Notes: a model not told the origin generated them from the letters alone. DNA of 64,000 nt from an uncultured Gemmatimonadales bacterium (GCA_963825055.1 CAWGSK010000015.1:32001-96000); one strand, 5' to 3'. Positions 9,119-18,105 are shown, counted from the first letter of the stretch. Translations and numbers: made by a program.

Positions 9119-10740
9119 CGGACATCACCCTTCCCACGGCACCTCCCGGGACGGACAGGACGGACGCGACGGACAGGATGGACAGGACGGACAAGACGGA
9201 CAGGGCGGACAGGGCGGACAGGGCGGACGGGACGGACGGGACCGCCACCCCGCCTGAGCGCCCGACCGCCCGCGATGTGACCGTCATCGGCGCAGGCCTG
9301 GGTGGGCTCGCGTCCGCGATTCGCCTTCAGGCGGCGGGCTATCGGGTCACCGTGCTGGAGCAGGCCAGCCATCCCGGCGGGCGCTGCGGGACGTGGGAAT
9401 CGGAGGGGTTTCGTTTCGATACCGGCCCGACGCTGCTGCTCATGGTGGACTACCTCGAGCGGCTCTTTACCGATGTCGGTCGTCGCCTCGGGGACTACCT
9501 CACCCTGGTCCAACTCGATCCGAACTACGAGGTGCACTACGCCGACGGCAGCCGCCTCGACGTCAGCAGCCGGCTCAATGCCATGCTGGGGGAAGTCGAG
9601 CGGCTCGAGCCGGGCGCCGGACCGGAGTTCCTGCGGTTCCTGGGGGAAGCGGGCCGGCTCTACCGCATCGGGCTCGACGGCTTCGTGGACCGGAATGTTC
9701 ATCGCCCGCGGGATTTCTTCAACCTGAAGAACGGCTACCTGATGCTCCGGGGCCGCGCCATGCAGAACCTCCGGAAAATGGTCGGTCGCTTCTTCACCGA
9801 CGAGCGGCTCCGGAGCGCGTTCAGTTTCCAGTCACTCTATCTCGGGCTGTCGCCCTACGAGGCGCCCGCGATCTACAGTCTGCTCGCATACACCGAGGTT
9901 GCAGGCGGGCTCTACTTCCCGATGGGGGGCATGCATGCGATCCCGCGCGCGCTGGCGCGGCTGGCCACCGAGCTTGGCGTGCGGATCGAGTACCGCACGA
10001 AGGTGCGCGCCCTCGGCCAGGACGGGAACCGGGTTACGCACGTGGTGCTGGCCGACGGCGAGCGGCGGCCGGCCGGGACCGTGCTCGCGAATGCCGACCT
10101 TCCCTATGTCTACGAAAGCCTCCTCGGGCAGCCGTATCCCGGGATCGAGAAGTACGAGTTCAGCTGCTCGGCGTTCCTGATGTACCTGGGCACCGACCGC
10201 CCCTACCCGAAGTTGTCGCACCATACGCTGGTCGTACCCGCAGACCTGGAGCAGGCCTGCGACGATATTTTCCGCCGCGGGCGCGTGCCCGACGACCCGG
10301 CGTTCTATATCTGCAATCCGAACAAGACTGACCCTTCGCTCGCCCCGGCTGGAGGTGAGAACCTCTACGTCCTGGTGCCCGTGCCCAGCCGGCAGGTGGA
10401 GCCGCTGGACTGGAGCCGGGAGGGACCGGCGCTGGAGGCGCGGATGCTGGCCCGGCTCGAACGGTTCGGTCTCACCGGCCTCCGGCGGCACGTCGTTACC
10501 CGGCGGATCTTCACCCCTGCGGACTTCACGTCCGACTTCGGGGCGACGCGGGGCGAGGCGTTCGGCCTGTCGCACGGGATTGACCAGGTTGGCTGGTTCC
10601 GGCCCCACAACCGGCATGCGCGGTATCAGAATCTCTTTTTCGTCGGGCAGAGCACGCACCCCGGTTGCGGAATCCCGATGGTGCTTATCTCCGCGCGCTG
10701 CGTGACGGAGCGGATGCAGCAGGAGGTCGCCGTCACATGA
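9115..10740 (+). CDS. crtI: Phytoene desaturase family protein
   Basis: VIGAGLGGLA (FAD), GFRFDTGPT, YFPMGGM, NLFFVGQSTHPGCGIPMV; coupled to crtB. Confidence 0.85.
   Translation: MTDITLPTAPPGTDRTDATDRMDRTDKTDRADRADRADGTDGTATPPERPTARDVTVIGAGLGGLASAIRLQAAGYRVTVLEQASHPGGRCGTWESEGFRFDTGPTLLLMVDYLERLFTDVGRRLGDYLTLVQLDPNYEVHYADGSRLDVSSRLNAMLGEVERLEPGAGPEFLRFLGEAGRLYRIGLDGFVDRNVHRPRDFFNLKNGYLMLRGRAMQNLRKMVGRFFTDERLRSAFSFQSLYLGLSPYEAPAIYSLLAYTEVAGGLYFPMGGMHAIPRALARLATELGVRIEYRTKVRALGQDGNRVTHVVLADGERRPAGTVLANADLPYVYESLLGQPYPGIEKYEFSCSAFLMYLGTDRPYPKLSHHTLVVPADLEQACDDIFRRGRVPDDPAFYICNPNKTDPSLAPAGGENLYVLVPVPSRQVEPLDWSREGPALEARMLARLERFGLTGLRRHVVTRRIFTPADFTSDFGATRGEAFGLSHGIDQVGWFRPHNRHARYQNLFFVGQSTHPGCGIPMVLISARCVTERMQQEVAVT
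9151..9240 (+). repeat. 9-mer tandem array (RCGGACAGG-like x10), in frame in the CrtI N-terminus
   Basis: Encodes TDRTDATDRMDRTDKTDRADRADRADGTDG; same unit as the arrays at 2555, 33802 and 55320. Confidence 0.9.
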
Positions 10741-11669
10741 GGCCACTGCTGGAGCGGAGCTATGACCAGGCCCGGCAGACCACGGCCCGGTGGGCGAAGA
10801 GCTTCCATTTTGCCAGCTGGTTCCTGCCTGCCGGGAAGCGTCGCGCGATCTTCGCCCTGTACGACTACTGCCGCCACGCGGACAACCTGGTGGACGAGCG
10901 CGGCGACCGCACCCCCGACGACGTCCGGGCGCAGCTCGCCGACCTCCGCCACACCGTTATCCGGCTCCATGGCGGCCAGCAGCCGGACGATTCTCGCTGG
11001 CTGGCGCTCTGGGACACGCTGCGCCGCTTCCCGGTGCCCCTGGAACCGATGCTGGACCTGCTGGACGGGGTGGCGATGGACCTGGAGCCCGTGGACATGG
11101 GTGACTTCAGCGAACTCCACGAGTACTGCCGGCTGGTGGCCGGAGGGGTGGGACTCATGATCGGCCCCATCCTGGGCGCGGGCGGAGGCGCGTTCCGGGA
11201 GCGGGGCGTCGGGCTCGGCATCGCCATGCAGCTGACCAACGTACTGCGCGACATCCGCGAGGACACGGCGGCGGGGCGCTGCTATCTCCCCCGGGCGGAA
11301 CTCGCGCGGTTCGGGCTGTCGCGGGATGAACTCGAGCGGGGGGTGGCGACGCCGGCCTTTCAGGAGATGATGGCGTTCCAGGTCGCCCGGGCCCGCGCGT
11401 ACTTCGACTCGGCAGACGTCGTGGTGCCGATGTTCCCCGATGACGGCTCCCGTATCTGCGTGCGGCTTATGCAGCGGACCTATGCGGCCATTCTCGACCG
11501 GATCGAGCGGCTCGAGTATGACGTGTTCCGGGAGCGGGCGTACGTCCCGCTGGGGGGGAAGCTGCTCATCCTTGGCAGAGTCCTGCGGCGGGAGCGTCGT
11601 CGCCCGCGGGCCGAGCCCCGTATGATGCCGCGATTCAGGGTGCCGTTACGCGAGGAGGAGACGGGCTGA
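10737..11669 (+). CDS. crtB: Phytoene/squalene synthase
   Basis: AKSFHFAS, LYDYCRHADNLVD, YCRLVAGGVG, AMQLTNVLRDIRED..GRCYLP. Confidence 0.92.
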   Translation: MRPLLERSYDQARQTTARWAKSFHFASWFLPAGKRRAIFALYDYCRHADNLVDERGDRTPDDVRAQLADLRHTVIRLHGGQQPDDSRWLALWDTLRRFPVPLEPMLDLLDGVAMDLEPVDMGDFSELHEYCRLVAGGVGLMIGPILGAGGGAFRERGVGLGIAMQLTNVLRDIREDTAAGRCYLPRAELARFGLSRDELERGVATPAFQEMMAFQVARARAYFDSADVVVPMFPDDGSRICVRLMQRTYAAILDRIERLEYDVFRERAYVPLGGKLLILGRVLRRERRRPRAEPRMMPRFRVPLREEETG

Positions 11670-13503
11670 GCGTCGCTCGGACTTCCTGGTGAGCCGCCAG
11701 GTGGCGGTCGGCGGCCTCGCTCAGCCGGGCCACGATTTCGAGATCGGCAGTGAGGTTGTCAAGCGGGATGGTACCGGCGCGCAGCCGGAGCAGGTCGAGC
11801 CGGAGCGTCTCCAGCGCGCCGACTACGGCGGTCAGTCGCTCCTGGGCTCGGGCTCGTGTGTCCTCGAGTCCGGCGGCCTCGAGGATGTGCCGCAGGGCAC
11901 CCGCTTCGTGTTCCAGCCGTTCCACCAGGCCGGGAAGGTCGGCCAGGTCGGTCCGGATATCGGTCGGCAACGCTTCGTAGAGCGTCACTGCCGCGTGTCC
12001 CAGCGCGATTTCGGTCGCGCCAGCGCCGGAGTCGGCCAGTGCCGGAAGGGTCAGGCCGAGCCGGGCGACGCGAAATAGCCATGAGCCGAGTTTCGAGCCC
12101 CAGAACCGACTGCGACGGCCGAGCTTGATGCCGGCTTCTACCCCAGGCGCAGCTCCCATGATGGCGACTCCTGCCGCCGCAGCGAGCAGCACGTTGGAGA
12201 CGTCTTCCAGAGAAAGAGGGATTGACACCCCCAGGAGGTTGACGGTCCAGAGGGCGCCGAATAAGACGATGGATCCCAACCATCCCGCATGTGCCATCAT
12301 CGCTCTCCGCCGCTGCGCCTGTGTCGCCGACTCACTTCGCTGCCTCACATCATCCTCCGCCAGGGCATGCACGGTTTCTCCCTGGTGATGTCCCGAGGCC
12401 TGAAGGCGCCGGAGTCGGCGGAGCGTCAGCCAGAGCGGCAGGACCGTGGACCCGGCGAAGACCGCGACCCTCATGACCTCGACGGCTACGTGTTTCCAGG
12501 GGAGCCCTCCGATCAGCGGAGGCAGCAGGGTGAGTTCGAGCGCGTAGTACACCAGCAGGCCCGTGAGCATGGTAAGCGGGAGAATCCGGAGCGCCGGGGC
12601 GGACTCGGTGAGGGCGACGAACCGGCGCACCGGCTCCGCCATGGCAAGCTGGCCCTCAAGGGCCTGTGAAAGAACGTTGGCCAGGGCTTCGGCGCTCTGA
12701 ATGCGGGACTCCCGGTCCTTGGCCAGCAACTGGTCCATTGCGCGCGCGACCGGGGCGGGCACAGCGGGCGCCACCTCCGTCAGAGGCATGGGGGCCGCGG
12801 TCAGGTGCTGGGCCAGGACCTCCGCCGCGGTGGTGCCCTGGAAGGGGAGTCGACCGGTCAGCATGTAGTGGGCCAGCAGGCCGAGCGAGTAAAGGTCGCT
12901 CCGCCCGTCAACGCGCTCGCCGGCGGCCTGCTCCGGGCTCATGTACTGGACGGTGCCCATGACTCGGCCGGATGGCTCACCGCCCGAAGTCTCAATGGCT
13001 CCGGCAATACCGAAATCCGCCACCAGGGCCCGCCCGGAGCCGGCCTCGAGCAGGATGTTCTCGGGCTTGATGTCGCGGTGCACGATGCCATGGCTATGCG
13101 CATGGCCCAGGGCCCAGGCCACTTCGCGGAGGATTCGCAAGGTGACCGGAATGGCCAGGGGACCCTCGCGCTCCACCCGGTGGGCAAGCGTCTCACCCTC
13201 GACATAGGCCAGGACGAACCAGGCGAACGGCCCGGTGTCTTCCACGGCATGGATGGTGACGATGTTCGGGTGGGAGAGGCGGGCAGCCATGCGGGCCTCG
13301 TCCAGGAACCGCCGCCGGAACTCGGCGTTGCCCGCAAGGTGCGGTGGGAGCAGCTTGATGGCCACGCGTCGGTCGAGCCGGACATCCCGCGCGAGGTACA
13401 CGATGCCCATGCCGCCCCGGCCCAGCTCGCGCTCGAGCGAGTAGCGCCCGGCCAGCGAGGCCTGGAAGTCCAGGAAGAGCGGATCGGCTTCGGGATGCGG
13501 CAT
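11635..13503 (-). CDS. Hanks-type Ser/Thr protein kinase with C-terminal membrane helices
   Basis: ELGRGGMGIV, VAIK, HRDIKPENIL, DFG, GTVQYMSPEQ, DLYSLG; hydrophobic C-terminal segments. Confidence 0.92.
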   Translation of the reverse strand: MPHPEADPLFLDFQASLAGRYSLERELGRGGMGIVYLARDVRLDRRVAIKLLPPHLAGNAEFRRRFLDEARMAARLSHPNIVTIHAVEDTGPFAWFVLAYVEGETLAHRVEREGPLAIPVTLRILREVAWALGHAHSHGIVHRDIKPENILLEAGSGRALVADFGIAGAIETSGGEPSGRVMGTVQYMSPEQAAGERVDGRSDLYSLGLLAHYMLTGRLPFQGTTAAEVLAQHLTAAPMPLTEVAPAVPAPVARAMDQLLAKDRESRIQSAEALANVLSQALEGQLAMAEPVRRFVALTESAPALRILPLTMLTGLLVYYALELTLLPPLIGGLPWKHVAVEVMRVAVFAGSTVLPLWLTLRRLRRLQASGHHQGETVHALAEDDVRQRSESATQAQRRRAMMAHAGWLGSIVLFGALWTVNLLGVSIPLSLEDVSNVLLAAAAGVAIMGAAPGVEAGIKLGRRSRFWGSKLGSWLFRVARLGLTLPALADSGAGATEIALGHAAVTLYEALPTDIRTDLADLPGLVERLEHEAGALRHILEAAGLEDTRARAQERLTAVVGALETLRLDLLRLRAGTIPLDNLTADLEIVARLSEAADRHLAAHQEVRATLSPSPPRVTAP

Positions 13504-13571
13504 GGGCGCTCCGGGGTGAACCGCCAATCTCGCCTGCGGACACCGCCCTCGCCAGACCGGACAGGAGGAGC

Positions 13572-14363
13572 ATGACGGAGACACCGCACGAGGTCCGCCC
13601 CCCGCGGGAATGGCTGGCCCGGGGTCTCGGCCGTTATCTGGAGCGGCTGGCTGCCCGGCGCTTCGCGGCAGTGTGGTGGCATCGGCCGGTGGACTGGGAC
13701 CCCGAACCGCCTACGATCTACGTGGCCAACCACACCAACTGGTGGGACGGCTTCCTGGCGTACCTGACGGGCCGGCGGCTGAGCCGGGTGTTCCATGTTC
13801 TCATGGAGGAAGAGCAACTGGCGCGCTACGGGTTCTTCCGCAGGGTGGGGGCGCTGCCGCTTGACCGCCGAAGCGCCGCCCGCGCGTACGCCCAGCTCGA
13901 CATGGCGGCACGCACGCTTATGCCGGGGCGGGGGTTGTGGGTCTTCCCGCAGGGCGCCAGGCGTTCGTGGCGGGAACCGGTGGCGGCCATTGAGCGGGGC
14001 GCTGCGCAGGTGGCGCTTCTTGCGGCAGGGTCAGTGCGGATCTGTCCGGTAGCCTTCCGCTACGAGTACACCAGCGAGGACCGGCCGGAGGCGTTTGTGC
14101 TCGTCGGGGATCGGGTCCCGGGGATCGGGGATCGGGAATCGGGAGTGAGTCGGGTGTCGCGCGACGAACGGATCGCTCTCTCGGAGCGGATCGAGCGGAT
14201 GCTGGCGGGGACGGTGGCGGCCCTGGACCATCTGCTGGAGCGGGAGAACCTGGCTGGGTTCGAGGTCATGGTGCCGGGACGGTTCTCGATGAATAAGCGG
14301 CTCGACCGTCTGCGGCACTGGCTGGGCCTGCTGCCGGGAGAATTCGAGGCGCGCAATGGTTGA
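13572..14363 (+). CDS. Lysophospholipid acyltransferase (PlsC-like), plausibly a carotenoid-glycoside acyltransferase
   Basis: NHTNWWD (HX4D) and WVFPQG motifs; AGGAGG SD; near crt genes. Confidence 0.85.
   Translation: MTETPHEVRPPREWLARGLGRYLERLAARRFAAVWWHRPVDWDPEPPTIYVANHTNWWDGFLAYLTGRRLSRVFHVLMEEEQLARYGFFRRVGALPLDRRSAARAYAQLDMAARTLMPGRGLWVFPQGARRSWREPVAAIERGAAQVALLAAGSVRICPVAFRYEYTSEDRPEAFVLVGDRVPGIGDRESGVSRVSRDERIALSERIERMLAGTVAALDHLLERENLAGFEVMVPGRFSMNKRLDRLRHWLGLLPGEFEARNG
14104..14145 (+). repeat. 7-mer array (TCGGGRA-like x6 = 42 bp), in frame inside the acyltransferase
   Basis: tcgggga tcgggtc ccgggga tcgggga tcgggaa tcgggag; reverse complement of the TTCCCGA array at 55371. Confidence 0.75.
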
Positions 14364-14799
14364 GCATCTCCGGTTCCTGCATGTGGCGGCGGCCATCCTG
14401 CTGCTCGGCAATGTGGTGGTGACCGGGTTCTGGGCGCTCTATCTCTATCGCGTCGGGAGCGCGGCCTCGTTCCGCCCGGTGGCACGAGCCATCCTCTGGG
14501 CCGACCTCCTGTTCACCGTCGTCGGCGGTGGCGCGCTCACGATCACCGGCATCCTGCTCATCCAGGCGCGGGGGTATCCGTGGCGCGAGACCAGGTGGAT
14601 CCTGGAGGGCATCGGATCGCTCGCGGTCGCCACCCTCATCTGGCTCGTCTTCCTCCTGCCCGACCAGTGGCGCATGGAGCGCCTGGCGCCCGGCGACGAT
14701 GCCGGCCTCCGCCGCCTCTTCCTGCGGTGGAGCGCACTGGGCTGGCTCGCGACGGCAATGCTGTTCTACGGGTTGTGGGCGATGGCAGGACGACGGTGA
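14356..14799 (+). CDS. DUF2269-like integral membrane protein
   Basis: LHVAAAILLLG..ADLLFT..TGI..W pattern, 4 TM helices; overlaps the upstream gene. Confidence 0.75.
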   Translation: MVEHLRFLHVAAAILLLGNVVVTGFWALYLYRVGSAASFRPVARAILWADLLFTVVGGGALTITGILLIQARGYPWRETRWILEGIGSLAVATLIWLVFLLPDQWRMERLAPGDDAGLRRLFLRWSALGWLATAMLFYGLWAMAGRR

Positions 14800-14863
14800 A
14801 AGGTGAAGCGTGTGCAGTTTCGCCTTTTTCCCGCCCACCGTTTACCGTTCACGCAGTCCTGAA

Positions 14864-15406
14864 ATGGCAGATCCCCTGAAGGAGCACGTTGTGGCTGACG
14901 AACCAGAATACCTGAAGGCGCTCAAGCGTACGCACAAGCAGCAGAAGACACGGGGGCCTGAGGCCCCGTCGGGGGGCCAGAAGAAGAAGGGTAAGGGTTG
15001 GAGCACAGCGGAGCGCGAGGCGCTGCGCTGGGGTCGCGAGGTGGCAGGGCAGGACCCTGCCGTGCGTGACTCGCTGCACGGAGCCCGCTCGGCCATCCTC
15101 TTCAAGCCCAAGAGCTTCGACGACAAGGCCCAACCGGTCATGGAGGGAGTGGGAAGCCGGGAGGCCCTGGTCACGCGCTACGAGGCGGCGACCAGCTTCG
15201 GCGATACCGTGCTCGGGTGCTACGACATCCCGAGCGGCCGACCGCTCGACGTGGCCTCGAAAGAGGGCAAGACCGAGTTCGTTCCAGGCAAGGCGCGGGA
15301 GATCCCGAAGCCGATGACGCCGGAGCAGATGATCCGGAAGGCGGCCCGGGAGGCCGCGAAGCGGCCGATGGAGCGGGACCGGGATCGGGGGGGGAGGGGG
15401 CGTTGA
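14864..15406 (+). CDS. Hypothetical basic protein
   Basis: Open frame with GC3-rich codons; Lys/Arg-rich termini; no recognised domain. Confidence 0.7.
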   Translation: MADPLKEHVVADEPEYLKALKRTHKQQKTRGPEAPSGGQKKKGKGWSTAEREALRWGREVAGQDPAVRDSLHGARSAILFKPKSFDDKAQPVMEGVGSREALVTRYEAATSFGDTVLGCYDIPSGRPLDVASKEGKTEFVPGKAREIPKPMTPEQMIRKAAREAAKRPMERDRDRGGRGR

Positions 15407-15454
15407 GTCGTTGAGTCGCTTAAACGAAATCTCTGTAACGACTTAACCATTTAC
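15402..15454. repeat. 8-mer array GTTGAGTC x2 with a degenerate inverted arm (GACTTAAC)
   Basis: The first unit provides the TGA of the upstream gene. Confidence 0.7.
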
Positions 15455-15570
15455 GAATCACCGGTGTCACGGGCCGGCGTCAAGCCGGCTCGCTTTCCTT
15501 CTGGCCCCTAACTTGCTATGTTTCAATGATGTTCGTGCGGCCATAGGCCGCGAGTTCTTCTTTCATTCGA

Positions 15571-15978
15571 GTGAATTGTTTGGCTAGACGATCGCAACGC
15601 AACCGGAATCCCCGCGATCAGCAGTCCCAAAGTTTCCGCCGTTCCCCCGGGCGATCATTGCAGGCCCATCGTGAGTGGCTGCTCCAGAGTCATGGACCGG
15701 TCTGTGCCTATTGCGGCAACAGAACCAGTCCGGAGCTGATCACTCTGGATCACGTGCGACCTCGCCGTGGCCAGTCTGCATACGATCGCCCCGACAACCT
15801 GGTGCTCGCCTGTGTGCCGTGCAACGCGGCCAAGGCGGATACTCCCTGGCCGGCCTTTCTGCTACAGAAACGGTCGCGCGGGGTGTACCTCCTGCACTAC
15901 GGGGAACATCTGTCGGACAGCCTGAAGGACCTGGCGCGGATGGCCTCGGAGCGACCGCTCATCGAGGCGAACGCATAA
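15571..15978 (+). CDS. Stand-alone HNH endonuclease (McrA-like, Zn-binding)
   Basis: CAYCG..TLDHVRP..D..DNLVLACVPCNAAK; start at GTG 15571 or TTG 15580. Confidence 0.9.
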   Translation: MNCLARRSQRNRNPRDQQSQSFRRSPGRSLQAHREWLLQSHGPVCAYCGNRTSPELITLDHVRPRRGQSAYDRPDNLVLACVPCNAAKADTPWPAFLLQKRSRGVYLLHYGEHLSDSLKDLARMASERPLIEANA

Positions 15979-16008
15979 GACCTGACACGGCAGCGTTCAG
16001 TTGGATAC

Positions 16009-16045
16009 ACGGGGTGGCCCACGGAGGGGCCGCCCCGTTGTGTTT
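16009..16045 (+). terminator. Intrinsic terminator-like hairpin
   Basis: acggggtggccc / gggccgccccgt stem followed by tgtgttt, after the HNH gene. Confidence 0.6.
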
Positions 16046-16066
16046 GGGGGATGGAGTCTCGGGCAC

Positions 16067-16105
16067 CGGGAGTCGTTGAGTGGTTGAGTCGTTCAGTAGT
16101 CAGTC
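16067..16105 (+). repeat. 8-mer array (GTTGAGTS-like x4)
   Basis: cgggagtc gttgagtg gttgagtc gttcagta gtcagtc. Confidence 0.75.
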
Positions 16106-16257
16106 CCCTCGGTGACAGGCCGGCCGAGTCGTGACCCGTTGGAAATGCCGTGATGTGAGCGCAGCCGCGTCTGGGCGCTCCGGTCGCAGCGCCCCGGTAC
16201 TTGCGCCCGGCTTTTCCCCTCACATACTCCCGGTTGACCTTCTCCCGGACTCCCTTC

Positions 16258-17073
16258 ATGCGGCGGATTGGAGTGCTCATCGCGGCAATCGTGGCGTGGC
16301 CAGGGCCGACGCCCATTGCCGCCCAGTCCTTCGAGCCGTCCCCGAGGATCTCGCGTCTGGCCTGGGGCACGCTGGACATCCTGATCCTGGCGGATACGCT
16401 CACGGGACTCCGCATCTGGGCGATTCCACGAAACGAGATCCGGGATATTTCCGGCAGGTTCGACCCGATCGAAGTCCGCCAGTGGCTTGACCTCGCCCGG
16501 ACGGTCGTGGCCCAGCCCGCCGTCCCGGATACCGGTGCTTACCTCTTCACGCCCCCCCTGATAAGCCGGGACAGTGCCATGGTCGTGCTCTATCGTGAGC
16601 GATCCGGCGAAGCATGGAGCCGGCGCTCTTTTCTCCTGTTCACCGGGACTGGGCAGAAGGACCGTTTTACGGTGCCGCTCGAACCCCGGTATCTCGAGGA
16701 GTTCCTGTCTGCCGTGTCAGTCCAGGCGGCGGCGAGCCGACTGGTGCCGGACCGCGACACAACCGCGGTGCCCCAGTATTGCACGACGTGTGCCCAGGAC
16801 ACAGCGAGCGCACCGCGAATGCTCAAGGCCGGTCGGCGGCGCTATCCTCCGGCCCTCCAGGCGCGTGGGATGGAGGGGCGGGTGTGGGCGACATTCGTGA
16901 TCACCCCAACCGGCCTGATGGATCCGGAAAGCTTCAGGGTGCTGCTGTCCGACCACCCGCTGTTCGCGAAGGCGGCCTGGGAAATGCTCCGGGAATCGAC
17001 CTTCCGGCCGTGGCTCAAGGACGGCGTGCCGACGGCGGTCGAGGTGTTCCAGAAGGTGAACTTCACTTTCTAA
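16258..17073 (+). CDS. Secreted protein with a TonB C-terminal domain
   Basis: Signal peptide; C-terminal YPPALQARGMEGRVWATFVI..G..F.P..KDG.P..V....NF. Confidence 0.8.
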   Translation: MRRIGVLIAAIVAWPGPTPIAAQSFEPSPRISRLAWGTLDILILADTLTGLRIWAIPRNEIRDISGRFDPIEVRQWLDLARTVVAQPAVPDTGAYLFTPPLISRDSAMVVLYRERSGEAWSRRSFLLFTGTGQKDRFTVPLEPRYLEEFLSAVSVQAAASRLVPDRDTTAVPQYCTTCAQDTASAPRMLKAGRRRYPPALQARGMEGRVWATFVITPTGLMDPESFRVLLSDHPLFAKAAWEMLRESTFRPWLKDGVPTAVEVFQKVNFTF

Positions 17074-17101
17074 TCCGCAGTCCCCCGCTTACCCTCGTCA
17101 T

Positions 17102-17917
17102 ATGCCTCTGGATCCGCGGCCAGCCGCCTTCCGCAAGCTCCATCAGTCGGGCTGTTTCCTCCTGCCGAACCCATGGGACGTGGGCAGCGCCCGGCTCCTC
17201 GCGCAGCTGGGCTTCAAGGCGCTTGCCACCACCAGCTCCGGATTTGCCTGGACGACCGGCCGCGCCGACAACCACGTCACCCTGCGCGATGCCCTGGCGC
17301 ATTTCTCGGTGATGGCGGCCGCCGTGGACCTGCCGGTGAACGGGGATTTCGAGGGCGGGTTTGCCAGGGAGCCCGAGGGAGTGGCGGAGAATGTCGCGGC
17401 GGCCGTCGGTACCGGTATCGCCGGGGTTTCCATCGAGGATTCAACCGGCGATTCCGGCTCTCCGCTCTTCGCGTTCGATCTTGCCCTGGAGCGGGTGCGG
17501 GCGGCCCGCCACGCGATCGACGCCTCCGGAACGGGGGTCGTCTTCACGGCGCGAACGGAGGGCTTCATCGTGGGCCGGCCGGATCTGGACGAGACGATCC
17601 GTCGCCTGGTGGCCTTCGCTGAGGCTGGGGCGGACTGTCTCTTCGCGCCCGGAATCCAGGGCCGGGACGAGATCGCGGCGGTGGTCCGCGCGGTGGCTCC
17701 CAAACCCGTCAACGTGCTGGTCTCGAAAGACTTCACGACCGTCGCCCGCCTGGCCGACCTGGGGGTGCGACGCATCAGTGTCGGTGGCGGCCTGGCGCGG
17801 GTGGGCTGGGCGGCGGTGCTGGGAGCGGCCCGGGAAATGGCGGAGCAGGGGACATTCTCGGCGCTCTCGGGAGGAATGAGCGGCGCGGAGCTGAATCGAT
17901 CATTCGGTAATCAGTAA
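17102..17917 (+). CDS. Isocitrate lyase/PEP mutase family protein
   Basis: PNPWDVGSA, ALATTSSG, DFEGGF, GVSIED, AGADCLFAPG, GVRRISVG. Confidence 0.92.
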   Translation: MPLDPRPAAFRKLHQSGCFLLPNPWDVGSARLLAQLGFKALATTSSGFAWTTGRADNHVTLRDALAHFSVMAAAVDLPVNGDFEGGFAREPEGVAENVAAAVGTGIAGVSIEDSTGDSGSPLFAFDLALERVRAARHAIDASGTGVVFTARTEGFIVGRPDLDETIRRLVAFAEAGADCLFAPGIQGRDEIAAVVRAVAPKPVNVLVSKDFTTVARLADLGVRRISVGGGLARVGWAAVLGAAREMAEQGTFSALSGGMSGAELNRSFGNQ

Positions 17918-18105
17918 CCCGCTGCCCCCTTCCTTCGGGGGCGGCCGGCGTTACCTTGCATCCCATTCCACAACATGCGGGTGGCAGGTGGCGTGCCGGG
18001 CGAATCCGTCCGGTGCCGAGGGCGGGGTGTTCCCGAGGTTCATCCGGCAGATGCCGGTGCTGATAAAGGTCCCGACGTTTCCCCTGTTCTCTCACGGAGT
18101 TCCCA

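Noticed and set aside
11653..13570. AGGAGGAG at 11653 and 13563 as a target-site duplication around the kinase gene
   Set aside because: It is a Shine-Dalgarno/Glu-Glu-like word that is common by chance; no terminal inverted repeats or transposase
17940..18105. Riboswitch or sigma54 promoter upstream of the cupredoxin gene
   Set aside because: No convincing match to TPP, SAM, cobalamin or c-di-GMP cores; the GG-N10-GC match is weak in GC-rich DNA
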